From: the human T2T-CHM13v2.0 reference genome, Homo sapiens
Assembly: GCF_009914755.1 (NCBI RefSeq)
Contig: NC_060929.1
Length of the DNA: 64,000 nt
Reading direction: 5' to 3' (one strand)
Shown one piece after another: positions 1 through 12,407 of the stretch. The position numbers and the translations under genes are program-made. Under the pieces are notes generated by a model, which saw nothing but the letters and a program-made list of their open reading frames with translations, was not told where the DNA came from and did not search any database. Within the stretch, counting starts at the first letter, position 1. Every line of letters begins with the position of its first letter.

Positions 1-172
1 GGGAAGCTCCCCTTTTTATAAAACCATCAGGTCTCATGAGACTTATTCACTATCACAAGAACAGCACTGGAAAGAGTTGCCCCCATGATCCAATTACCAC
101 CCACCGGGTCCCTCCTACGACATGTGGAAAGTCAAGACAAGATTTGGGTGGGGACACAGCCAAACCAGAACA
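1..172 (-). mobile_element. THE1-family (MaLR) LTR, cut by the window edge
   Basis: Ends in GATTTGGGTGGGGACACAGCCAAACCAGAACA, the reverse complement of the THE1 LTR 5' end (TGATATGGTTTGGCTGTGTCCCCACCCAAATC). Confidence 0.9.
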
Positions 173-709
173 TGGAATAAAGGGGAGTCTGTGCAGTCAT
201 TAATAAAACTTGCTGGACACATATTCACAACTTTGACAAGTTAAGCTTAACAATCAAAGGATTTGCAAGTAAGCTACCTCATTGCATAGATATAACCATG
301 GCACTAACCCCACCTATATCTGGTCAACTATAAAAAAAAAGTCTTCCCATGTCTCACCTAGTTTTTTCCTCTCCTAGGACCTTTTGATAGCTATTTTGTT
401 GTTACTAAATTTGGGCCCCTTGCTTGTTTAACCTCTTAGTAAAATCTGTGTCTTTTAGGCTACAGTAGTTCCAGGTAAAGACAATCCTGGTACAAGTCTT
501 CCAACCCATCCCATCTACTGACTTGGAGAATAAATGTATCCTGCTTCTGAGCCCTTTATATCAGGTATCCAGAGATTTTTACTTCTCCAGTGCTAGGCAG
601 GGTCTATGCCCATAAGCTCAGCAGAAAGCAGTTACAGAAGACAGACCTCCACCCTTTAATAGACCCCCCCTAAGTTTGAGGAGGAATATCTAATCTCTAA
701 CAGTGGAAT
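173..709 (+). mobile_element. ERV1-class internal 3' region with decayed env transmembrane remnant
   Basis: About 365-480 translates, with two frameshifts and a stop, as FPLLGPF/IAILLLLNLG/PCLFNLLVKSVSFRLQ*, the gammaretroviral env TM motif; it runs directly into a 3' LTR. Confidence 0.75.
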
Positions 710-1187
710 TATATGGGAGGTGGGACTCAACTCCAGAGGTGGGGCTCAGATACTGGACCAAACTGAAGACTAGCTAAAACAGGTCTGGGGCAGAAGCAGT
801 TTTCCATAAGACACATCCACCAGTGTGCCATGTCAGTTTACCATTGTCATGGCAATGGTTACTGCCCCTTTCCATGGCAATGACATGATGACCCAAAAGT
901 TACTACCCCTTCCATGGAGATTGCTGCATAAACTGCCCCTTAATCTACATATTATTAAAAGTGGCTATAAATGTCACTGCAAAACGGCCCTGAGCTTCTA
1001 CTCTCTGCCTGTGGGTTAGCACTGTTCTGCAGGAGCAGTCACGGAGCTGTAACCGTAGGAACTGTAACAATACTGCTTTAATAAAGCTGATTCTTCTCCC
1101 TCCAGCTTGTCCTTGAATTCTTTCCTGGGCAAAACCAAGAACATTCATGGCCTAAGGCCCACTTTGGGGATCGCCTGCCCCATATCA
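710..1187 (+). mobile_element. ERV1 LTR, MER66/MER41-like (3' LTR of the element above)
   Basis: GGAGGTGGGACTCAACTCCAGAGGTGGGGCTC start, CATGTCAGTTTACCATTG core, TATAAA near 966, AATAAA near 1080, ends CGCCTGCCCCATATCA. Confidence 0.75.
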
Positions 1188-1859
1188 GCTTGATCTTCTT
1201 TGTAGACCACTCAAACTTTTTCCAAACGAGCAATAATACTATTTCACTTTCTTGTCATTCATGTGTTCACTGGAGTAGCATTTTTAATATACTTCAATAA
1301 CGTTTTCTTTGCATTCACACATGGCTAACTGGCATCAGGAACCTAGCTTTTGGCCTATCTCATTTTTTGACATGCCTTCTTCACTAAGCTTTATCGTTTC
1401 TAACTTTTGATTTAAAGCGAGAGATGTGTGACTCTCTTTTCACTTGAACACTTAGAGGCTGTTGGATAATCTTTAATTGGCCTAATTTCAGTACTGTTGT
1501 GTCTCCAGGAATATGGTGGCCAGATTACAGGGAGAGAGGTGGGGCAATGTCTAGCCATTAGAGCAGTCAGAACACATTTATCTATTAAGTTATTCGTCTT
1601 ATATGGTCGCGGTTCATGGCACCTCTAAACAATTACTAGAGTACCATCAGAGATCACTAATCATAGATCACCATAACAGTTATAATAATAAAGTTTGAAA
1701 TATTTGAGTATTAACAAAATATGACCCAGATATGAAGTGAGTACATGCTGTTAGAAAAATGACACTGATAGACTTGCTTGACATAGGGTTGCCATAAGCA
1801 TTCAATTTGTAAAAAAGAAATGCATTATCTGTGAAGTGCTATTAAATGAGTTATGCCTC
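1188..1859 (-). mobile_element. Tigger1 DNA transposon 5' portion, interrupted by the ERV
   Basis: Reverse complement follows Tigger1 from the TIR (CAGGCATACCTCGTTTTATTG-like, flanked by TA at 1860-1861) into the decayed start of the transposase ORF. Confidence 0.9.
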
Positions 1860-3189
1860 TATACTATAATTTTGCAGCATGCCAGTATAAGGGGAAGCTA
1901 GTGAAGTGTATTTGTGAAACTTTTCTTTAAGTGTAAAATTATTTCAAAATTTATAAAGAGATCAACTAATGATGGAGATTAATTTCAAGTCCACTAAATC
2001 TTACTGAGAAGCTTGTTTTATTAATACCAAAGTTGATTGCAACAATCTAAAGGAACAATCAGAGATCTAATTTTCAGAGATTATTTTTCATTTAGACAAG
2101 AGGTTGATTCGAGGTCACAGGCTGACTCTATAATGAAAAAGAACTGGATAGAACAAGGAAGGAGAGATTCAAAAAAGGAGGGAATTTTTAAAATCTTACT
2201 AAGGAAGAGGGGAACCTTTGGATACTGTGCATCATATATATTCATATGTTATTTGTAGGTTTTGGAGTTTACACAGATTAAACAATGCACAATGTTATAT
2301 TTGTTATTACAAAAAAATTGAAAACGTGCTCTTCTCTGAAATACAATTTTAACTTTACTAGTTAAATGGATTTATTATAAATTATCATTGAGATTTTTTA
2401 TAATAAATTGCAAGCATCTTTGATACCTTTCTTGAAAGTGAAGGGATATTGCTTAGCATTTATTTATTATTCCCCATCTCATGAGTCCTTTCTAAACATT
2501 AAATTTGTATATATCCGTATAGAGCTAAAATAAAATCTTCAAGACAGAAATTTTAAAATATCTGTGCAGATCATAGAAAGGATGGTGTTCTGATCCTAAA
2601 AGAAAATAAAATTTCCCTTTGCCCTTTAGCTTCTTCTGCTTTATCCCAACCATGTTATTTTTCAATAGATTTTATTATAGAAAAGTGAATGTGAAATGTT
2701 TCATCTCCTTAACTATAACATTCAATTACTGCAGTTCTCTACTAAAAGCCTTTTATCCATAATGAAAGGAAAAGTGGGTCAATATAATATTCAAATAAGA
2801 TTAATGGATACGTGATTTTAAAGTACTCTGAAAATATAAATTGCTCTTCAAATATCAAATATTATAACATACTTTCCTCCATGTAGAGTTTTATCACAAA
2901 ATGTACTAATATTTAGATCAAGTAGGAGAAATTTGTTTCAATGTCAAGAGATTTTACAGTGAAGATGTTAAAGAAAGGGAGAGCTAGAAACACAAAATGA
3001 TCATTTGCACATGAAATAGTTTGAATTTACATTAAATTTTATGGTGTTTAAGAAAATTCTGAAAATTGTTTACTCAAAGCTGGAGATTACAGAACCATTT
3101 GCAAGTCTAAGAAAACATTCAGCCTCGCAAAACAATATTTAGAGGCTGCATGATGTGACACATACTGCAGGTAAATTCACTCAATATCC

Positions 3190-3585
3190 ATTTAAACCTT
3201 TGTTCCTGATGTCTTTCAACATAGAAGTTGAAAGGGTGCTACCACTCTTTCCCAATCTGCCTTTCAATTAGGAATGGTTATGTGATGCCAATTTCACACA
3301 TGAGGCTTGTGTAGAAATAAATGAGTATTCTAGCCTCTTTCTCCCTTTCTGGAATGTGGATATGATGCTTCGATTTTCAGCAGCTCTCTTGTGACCATGA
3401 GGACAAATGCCTTGCCTCAGGAGGGTAAAACAGAATATTGGAAGAACTAGACTCCTTAAAAATGTCAGTAGCCTGGCACAATTCCAGACTGTTATTGATG
3501 TTTGAGGAAAACAAATTCCTTGATTGTTTAAGTGAAAGGAATATGTTTTTTCATTCCTCACAACTGATTGTAATTCTATTTGACA
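3190..3585. mobile_element. Ancient ERVL/MaLR-type LTR remnant (LTR33/MLT1-like)
   Basis: Degenerate motifs (GGTTATGTGATG, CTTGTGACCATGAGG, TTCCAGACTG...TTGTTTAAG) typical of old eutherian LTRs; boundaries and family uncertain. Confidence 0.35.
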
Positions 3586-3596
3586 CACATGACCTT

Positions 3597-3680
3597 AGGG
3601 GCATGAGGAAGAGACTATGTCTGACTCACCTCTGCTTCACAATGCCAGGCACACAGAAGATATCGAGTCCCTATTGCTAA
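3597..3680 (+). mobile_element. L2 3'-end fragment
   Basis: GAGACTATGTCTGACTCACCTCTG...TGCCAGGCACACAGAAG resembles the L2a 3' terminus. Confidence 0.5.
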
Positions 3681-3974
3681 ATCATGGGCAATACAGGATG
3701 TTACCAATAGAAAGATAAAGGGACTTTACGACAAATGGTCAGAAAGTCAACAAAAAAGCAGGATATATGGAAAAGAATGCTGTTACACAGGCAGCAGATA
3801 CTAAGAAACTTGTTAACAAGGGAAAGTGCTCCAAATACTTCTCTGGAAATCCAGGATGAGACACCAATGTCTAGTGGAGAAGGAAGTTATATAACAGGCC
3901 TATTCTAGAAGGAACAAGTAGTAGGCATTTTATCCATTTAGAATTTAAGCACAGAAACAAAAACAAGTGGAAGA

Positions 3975-4620
3975 TTCAGTCATTCCTTCACTCACTCCAC
4001 AACATTTATTCGACCCTATGTAATTAACAACATGCTAGAGTAGGGGTCGGCAGCCTATGGCCAGCAAGCCAAATCTGGCCTGATGCCTGTCACAGTAAAT
4101 AAAGTTTTATTGGAACATAACCATGGTCATTTGTGTACGTATTGCCTATGGCTGTTTTGATGCTACAACAGCACAGCTTAGTAGTTGTGATAATTTGCCA
4201 GCTCCTGAGCTAAAGGATGGGGGGCATAAAAATGCTGCTGATGTAGGACTGATTCCAGCCCTCAAGTAGCTTCAGTATAGAGTGATAGGCAGAAATATCA
4301 ATGAGCAATGTCTATATAGTTATTAATGCAAAGAGAGATATATAAAGAAGTGCCATGAGAGCACAGGGGAAAAAAATCCCTGTCTCCATCTGGAATTCAA
4401 TGAAAGATGCCAGGAGGAGGTGTCTCCTGACCTGGGGAAGAAGAAGAAGAATACTTTTTAAAAAGGTGGAAAGTGAATTTCTGGGGGACAAAAGCCAGGA
4501 GCAATGAGGCATAAAATAGACAAAGTGAGAAAATACACTCATTTTTTTGTTCTACCATGGGAATTGTGATGTGTAAAATCTCAGGAGACTACAGTGGAGT
4601 CAGAAGCAGGGCCTCTGCAT
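3975..4620 (-). mobile_element. L2 fragment interrupted by MER58A
   Basis: TTCAGTCATTCCTTCACTCAC...AACATTTATT is an antisense L2 tail; L2-like sequence resumes after 4207 (CCAGCCCTCAAGTAGCTTCAGTATAG). Confidence 0.55.
4041..4207 (+). mobile_element. MER58A (hAT-Charlie), internally deleted
   Basis: TAGGGGTCGGCAG...GTAAATAAAGTTTTATTGGAACA...TTTGCCAGCTCCTG termini; degenerate 8-bp TSD TGCTAGAG/AGCTAAAG. Confidence 0.85.
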
Positions 4621-4902
4621 AGCCATGCTGAAAATGATTTGGACCAGTCAAGAGTTTGACAAAATTCAAAATTCTGGTTTCAGAGTGGATTTTTCTTTTC
4701 TTGTTTTTCCTTTTTTTTTTTTTTTTTTTGGAGATGATGCAGTCAAAATTCAGTAAGGAAAGAAATTGTGGAAATGGGATAGTTTGTGGCTGAATTTTGT
4801 TTATTATTTACCTTCTTATTCATCTCCTTATTTATCGTTGTATCCCAAACATTCAACACTGCATGGCACACAGTAGGGCCATAGTACTTTTTGTTTAATT
4901 GA

Positions 4903-5416
<514 letters not shown>

Positions 5417-5495
5417 TAAAATCAATAAAGAAACAAAGGTTAGGAACTATGTAAAATAGGAAACAGGAAAAAAAACTATTGTTAAAGAGCTATGT

Positions 5496-5832
5496 ATGCA
5501 GCCATAAAAAATGATGAGTTCATGTCCTTTGTAGGGACATGGATGAAGCTGGAAACCATCATTCTCAGCAAACTATACCAAGGACAAAAAACCAAACACC
5601 GCATGTTCTCACTCATAGGTGAGAATTGAATACTGAGAACACATGGACACAGGAAGGGGAACATCACACACCGGGGCCTGTTGTGGGGTGGGGCGGGGGA
5701 GGGGAGAGGGATAGCATTAGGAGATATACCTAACGTTAAATGATGAGTTAATGGGTGCAGCACACCAACATGGCACACGTATACATATGTAACAAACCTT
5801 CACGTTGTGCACACGTACCCTAAAACTTAAAG

Positions 5833-5860
<28 letters not shown>
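5496..5860 (+). mobile_element. 5'-truncated L1PA (about PA4-PA6) 3' end with (TA)n tail
   Basis: ORF2 end and 3'UTR (ATGAGTTCATGTCCTTTGTAGGGACATGG ... CCCTAAAACTTAAAGTA); TSD AAAGAGCTATGT/AAAGAGCTTTGT. Confidence 0.95.
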
Positions 5861-5865
<5 letters not shown>

Positions 5866-7894
5866 GCTTTGTTTAGTAAAAACTAGTGTGTATAGAGGGA
5901 GTAGTGTGGTAGTATGTATGTCAGAAAGAAAAATGGAGAATCCAAACTTTCGAGCATCATTATTGGTTAACAGTGACTATCAGATTACTCATAGGTGGTA
6001 CTTTTCCACCAGGATACAAAAATTAATGGAATAATTGTTGTGATACTTCCGTAAAAAGAAGAGTTTCTTATTCCCAATAAGAAATAAATACTAATTCAAC
6101 TTGGCAAGAAATATTAATTCAACTTGAAGTGAGTTGGTGTGTTTCTTTCTTCCTCCCCAAGTCACACATTCAGTAGTGGTAACCAGGAATGTGAACTCTT
6201 TTTCTACTCTGAATATCGGAATCATGTTTCTTACTGTGTAATGAAGCAAATTGGGTTGTAAAAAAGAACCAGATAAAATAATATCATATCCTTGGAAGAT
6301 TTACACTTGACATAAAATGGAAAGGAAACAAGTAGCTTTCTGTGTGGAAAAGTAAATATATTTTACATAGAAATTTTAAGTGCATTTGCCCTAAGTCCCA
6401 ATTCCACCCCACTGAATAAATTATAAGATGTACTTAAAGAATTGGCTGTCAAAGTTTTTCTGAGCCATAGATTTTTCAAATAAATGCAAATTTTATGAGA
6501 ATCAGACACTTGAGTGATGAAAGAGGAGGTTACATGAAGAAAGAGTGTCTTTTCAATCAGAGGTATCTGATTACCTGTAATACGTAGGAGGAAAATTAAA
6601 CAATGAAAGTGTGAAAGTTACACATGCAAATAAATATTTCAAGGTCTAAGAAAAATGATTCCATAGAAATAATTCTTCAACAAGTTAACCAGGAGAAAGG
6701 TTATTTCTTCATATTTCCAAATGACCATTCCCTAGGCAGAAGAGATATTGACAAATTACCTATTCTCCTGCCTATTCATGCCTTTTGATCAAAATGGAAT
6801 TATTCATTTTTGTTACCTGTGTTAATATTTTAATACTGTGTTAATACTTTAATATAGAAATTAAGAAAATTCAAAAGTAGGTTGGTCTATACAAATAATT
6901 ATAGATGTCTATACAAAATCTACTTTAAAGTTCAGAATTAATCATTGGTATAGGATGAACCTGATATGGTTAACTGACCCTACAGAACAATATATTTGGG
7001 GTGTTTGTGGAATTTCTACATATGGATACCTTCAAGCCTATGATGATTTGTTAGGCTTGATAAAAATCACACGCATCTGGACATCAGAAAGAACCGTTTT
7101 ACAAATACTATCTTCCATTTTACTCTTATGAAACAAGATTGAATGGAGTTTAATAGCAGAGAATTTATTAGAGAAACAGAGTCTAGGTAATGAATGTCAT
7201 AACTGTATTTGTGGACATTCAATGAAAGTACATTTTCCCCATAATTTGTTATTTTTTCACATTCATTTTCTGTTGGAAGACTTGATATTTCATTTTAAGT
7301 GTTGTATTGAAGGGCCATTAGAACAGAAGGTGCCAGTTAAAAAAAAAAGTGACAATATAAATGGAATCAGTTGTATATTCCAATTACATATCGAGAAATG
7401 AAGAATATTGTGCAGTCCCTGGGAACTAACCTAGCACATTTAGAATGTAGCTTTTTAGTTGAGTGTTCATTATCATTGTTTCCTTTAATTTTTGTGTAGA
7501 ATCTGTTTTTGTAGGTATACCTACACTCATCTTAAAAATACTAAAAGCCTGAAATTAAAGATAAAATTCAGTCAGAGGCATGGGAAAGAAAAACCAAGAT
7601 AAAGTTTGCCCCTTGTTTGCGACTTACCCAGGCTTCATTTATATCCCTACTTGTGGTCCCTTGCTCCCTCCAATTCATCCCATATGCCCCTGTCATTCTA
7701 TTAGTTCTTAGGGTCCACTGCAATGCAAGATATCTTGTCTAGTTATTATTTTCCAAAGACTACCCAAATAAATAAAACAATATAAATTGGAGAAAAATAT
7801 TTTTAACATTATATTAGAATGGCTAGAAGGAAGAAAAGAGAGAGAAAAAGGTAGAGGGAGAGTGGAGAAGGGAGAGGCAGAGGAAGGCAGAGGA

Positions 7895-8535
<641 letters not shown>

Positions 8536-8804
8536 TAAAAAATATTTTATGATGTTTGAGAATCACCAAAATAATATACTTATGATGTGACTAGAAATGA
8601 TTTTTATAGTATTACTTGTGCTTCCATTTTCCACAGTTTTGTGCCATTAATATGCATATTATTGTCATAATAAAAATTAAAATGCAAAAAAGAACCTTCT
8701 GCTATCTGACACTCTCTTACAGATCTCAACTTAATCTTTCACTCCTTCCAGATTTCTATCTTCAGATGCAATTCATGCTGAAAGTCATCTGGCAATACAC
8801 CATG

Positions 8805-8856
8805 TACATCTTTGAAAAAGTAAAATCTTCAGCTACATCTTTGAAAAAGTAAAATC
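8805..8856. repeat. 23-bp direct duplication (period 29)
   Basis: TACATCTTTGAAAAAGTAAAATC at 8805 and 8834. Confidence 0.9.
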
Positions 8857-10254
8857 CATGGACTTCCTTTTTTCTTTGAAAAGTTCACCCACTTATCTTT
8901 TTCACTGTTCTTTAAGGTCCCTTCATTGACTACTACATCCTTTCTTCATTTTTCTTCTTCTGTTTTCTGTAAATAATGAAATTAGACACAGAAAATGTAG
9001 TACAGAAATATAGAATCAAGTTGTAACATTTAAGATATTCTAAACTTATTTATTTCAAACCTTTTCAATTACTTAAGGCCAAGAAAGATACAGAAAAATT
9101 TCAGTTTCCTTCCAGGGCTAGCAAATATGTACATACACGGTAGTCACTAAAATATCTCATTGATTTTCATTCCATTTCCCTCTTTCTTTCTTAAGAAATG
9201 AATCATCCTGGGCTCCATTATATTTAATGGTTTAGAAATCAATAATCACCTACTGAAGGGCTTAGAATTTTAATTATTAACATAGCTGTCATACTATGCT
9301 TTCTTCAATCTTCATATTCACTTTTATGTGAGTAATTTGCTTTTACAATCAGATACAAGCAGCAACTTAAAAGCAAGATATTAAATAGATCATCACTGCA
9401 AGTATATAATACCCAAGGCAAATTTGTCCTTTGAGAATAAAAAAAATCAAAGTTTATATTTATAAATCTCATCAAAGTCCATATTTTTCGGACCACCTAG
9501 AGTTGATAGGCCTGTTGTCAGGCAATTGTGTTCCCGGTTTGAAGACCACTATTTTATTTAAATATCATAGTAGTAGTAGGTCTCAAATACTCAAAGGTAA
9601 ATTTGCCAGAATCTAAATGTTTCACTTTCGCTCTGTCTTCACAATATACTCATAGAGGTGTCTGAAACTATTTTAGTTCATCTATATGCAAATTTACATG
9701 GTTCATCTTCCTAGTCTATTACAACAGAGAAAGCAACTGAAATGATACAAAATGATTTTACTCATTCAGAGCTTTGGTTTATAAGAAACAGGCATTGATT
9801 TTTTATGTAAAAAATATCAATGCTATTTGAATTTAAGACTAATGAAGATTTATAAACAGTGAAGGTAAGATAGTAGTTGGTTTATGCAAAATGAATAACA
9901 TATAAGAGCATTATGTCACTCAATAACCAAAGATGTGATTTCTTGTCTAGATCAACTACATTTAATACTAGCCAAAAAGTATTTATTATGTCTTTAATGA
10001 TTCTGCCCTTGCTCTGGCACTGAAAATATTGTGTTGAAAATCTCACAAAAATGTTATCAATACAATACCAGACCAAATTGTGGTTATTTTGTTTTTGAGT
10101 ACCACTCAAATTATGTGATGTTCTGTTTGAAAGACGTATTAAGGTAGGAATGAATCTGATGCTAAAAGAAATAGCTTCAGCAATGACAGGGAGTCACTTT
10201 TGTAGAGATAATTGTTAGCTATCTGTGTTTTAATTTATTTGTAAAAAGTTGCTG

Positions 10255-10588
10255 CTGAGAAGAAGCTGCCTATCCAGGGACTGTATTTTCCATACCTTAT
10301 CCCATTCCCATCTCCTTTGAATGTAGGTAGGACCACGTAATGAATTCTTGTTATGAGAATAGAAGTGACATGTATAACTAAGGCATGCTTTTAGTTAAAA
10401 GGAGAGCCTAGTGAAAGCCAAAGTAGAAGGATTCTGGTTCCCTGTTTCACCACATAAAAGAAAACAGCTTGTTGAACAAGAAAAACAATATTGGACTACT
10501 ATGCGAATAAAATATAAACCTCTCTTGCACACATCTACTGAAACGCTGGAGTTTGTTTTATGCCACATCTAGCATTATTCTTACTGAT
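10255..10588. mobile_element. LTR16-like ancient ERVL LTR remnant
   Basis: CCAGGGACTGTATTTTCC...GTAGGTAGGACCACGT...AGAAGTGACATGT and ...CTAGCATTATTCTTACTGA motifs. Confidence 0.5.
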
Positions 10589-11228
10589 TTTTTAAAAAAT
10601 CGTACATACAGACATAATTTCAATTTTAGTAAGTACAATAAAGTACAAAATTATTTTGAGATATTCTGAAAAGATACTGAATAAACTCCTGCACAGAGTA
10701 CTGATAAAGTGAGAAAAGGGGTGTGAGCATTAACAACTAAATGGTGAACAATAGAGGCATTCACATAACATCAAAAATTGTAATATATTACTTTCGTGTT
10801 ACTTTACATTACTTAGAAATACCGACAATTCAGTAATAAGGACACAGAATATAGTGTCTGATCATCATAAGGAGAGAGATATATTATTCACCCTTGAAAA
10901 TACATTTAAATAACAACACTAAAAGGAGCAATTAGATTACAAAGATTATAGATGTATTGAATGTTTAGTAAATTGGCCAGAGACAACAGATATTAAAAAG
11001 TTGATAGTTATTAATATTCAAGCAATAATAATCAAATCAATATTAAGTTTATAGAATACTATGATTAATGAACATCAACCTTTGTGAAAATAACTATGAA
11101 ATTTCACTCAAATTTTTGAAAAGTACCCTGAAAGTCACAAGCTCACATGAAGTTTCAGAAAAGTGAATAAAAATATCAAATAGTGTGTATGAGACCATAT
11201 GTTTGTTATATTTTATTTTAATTTATAA

Positions 11229-11336
11229 ATTTAATTTATGAAATAATACTATTCCTTCAATGAATATAATAATATATGATATGCTATTTAATTTATGAAA
11301 TAATACTATTCCTTCAATGAATATAATAAATGATAT
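11229..11336. repeat. Tandem duplication, period 57 bp
   Basis: ATTTAATTTATGAAATAATACTATTCCTTCAATGAATATAATAA at 11229 and 11286. Confidence 0.92.
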
Positions 11337-11451
11337 CATAATCTCTATATAAGTAATGGGATATTTAATATATTTTTGGATTAAATATTTTGACATCTAT
11401 ATTTATATGTACAATTTATTTATTTTCTATGTCAGGGGTCTGTGTCAGGTT

Positions 11452-11729
11452 TTAGTATTAGCATTGAATGTCACTCATAAAATAGTGTACATAATTATGT
11501 AAAGTTTTAAATAATATTTTAATGAAATAGTATGACATTTAAAGCTTAGTATCAGCATTGAATGTCACTCATAAATTAGAGTGAACATAATTATATAAAA
11601 TTTGAAATAATATCTTAATGAAATAATATGTCATTTAAAGCTTAGTATCAGCATTGAATGTCACTCATAAAGTGTACATAATTATATAAAATTTGAAATA
11701 ATATATTAATGAAATAATATGTCATTTAA
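11452..11729. repeat. Three-copy tandem repeat, unit ~90-96 bp
   Basis: TTAGTAT(T/C)AGCATTGAATGTCACTCATAAA... starts at 11452, 11546 and 11642. Confidence 0.95.
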
Positions 11730-11989
11730 TGTTTAACATAATTTACCAATCCATATGTATCTGGGTGTTCCTTGGGATCATTTTTCTTCCTTAAAATTTT
11801 CTTCCTTAAATAATTGCCTAGTGACAAGTTAGAATTACGGAGTAATTATTTAAAGATATTTTACAATCTATTAGGTTTTGTACAAGTACAGTGTTCTTTT
11901 ACATTTTGTTAATCTGCATACTTACTGTTATTTCTCTTTGTAATGGGTGATTTATTATGGTAAGTCATTTTAAGTAATTATGTTTTTCA

Positions 11990-12373
11990 TTTTAATATTG
12001 TTTTTGTTATATGAAGCCCCTTGTAATCCATATGTATGTGGGGATCATCTTTTCTACTTCTGAAAAAAACACTATTAAAATTTTGAAAAGGATTGCAGTA
12101 AATCTGTACATCAGTTTGGGGGATACTGTCATCGTAATAATATCAGATCTAGTTCATGAACATGGGTGGTTCTTTCATTAGGTCTTGTTTAATTTATTTC
12201 AACAGTTTTGTAGCTTTTAGTGTACAAGTCTTTCATTTCCTTTGTTAAATTTATCCCCAGAAATTTTATAATTTTGGATACTATTGTAAATAGAATTTTT
12301 AATCATTATACTATGTATCTTGCAACTGCTGGATTTGCTTATTACCGCTAGTAGTTTGTGCATGTGAGTTTGT

Positions 12374-12407
<34 letters not shown>

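Noticed and set aside
365-480. Syncytin-like env transmembrane motif as a domesticated gene
   Set aside because: Two frameshifts and an in-frame stop within about 40 codons.
5482-5778. 98-aa minus-strand ORF
   Set aside because: Antisense reading of the L1PA 3' end.
6817-6854. 19-bp tandem duplication (similar micro-duplications at 21465-21498 and ~48235-48272)
   Set aside because: Ordinary slippage products, common in mammalian DNA.
11229-11729. Repeat arrays as a possible CRISPR-like structure
   Set aside because: Head-to-tail duplications without unique spacers, in primate DNA, with no cas genes.
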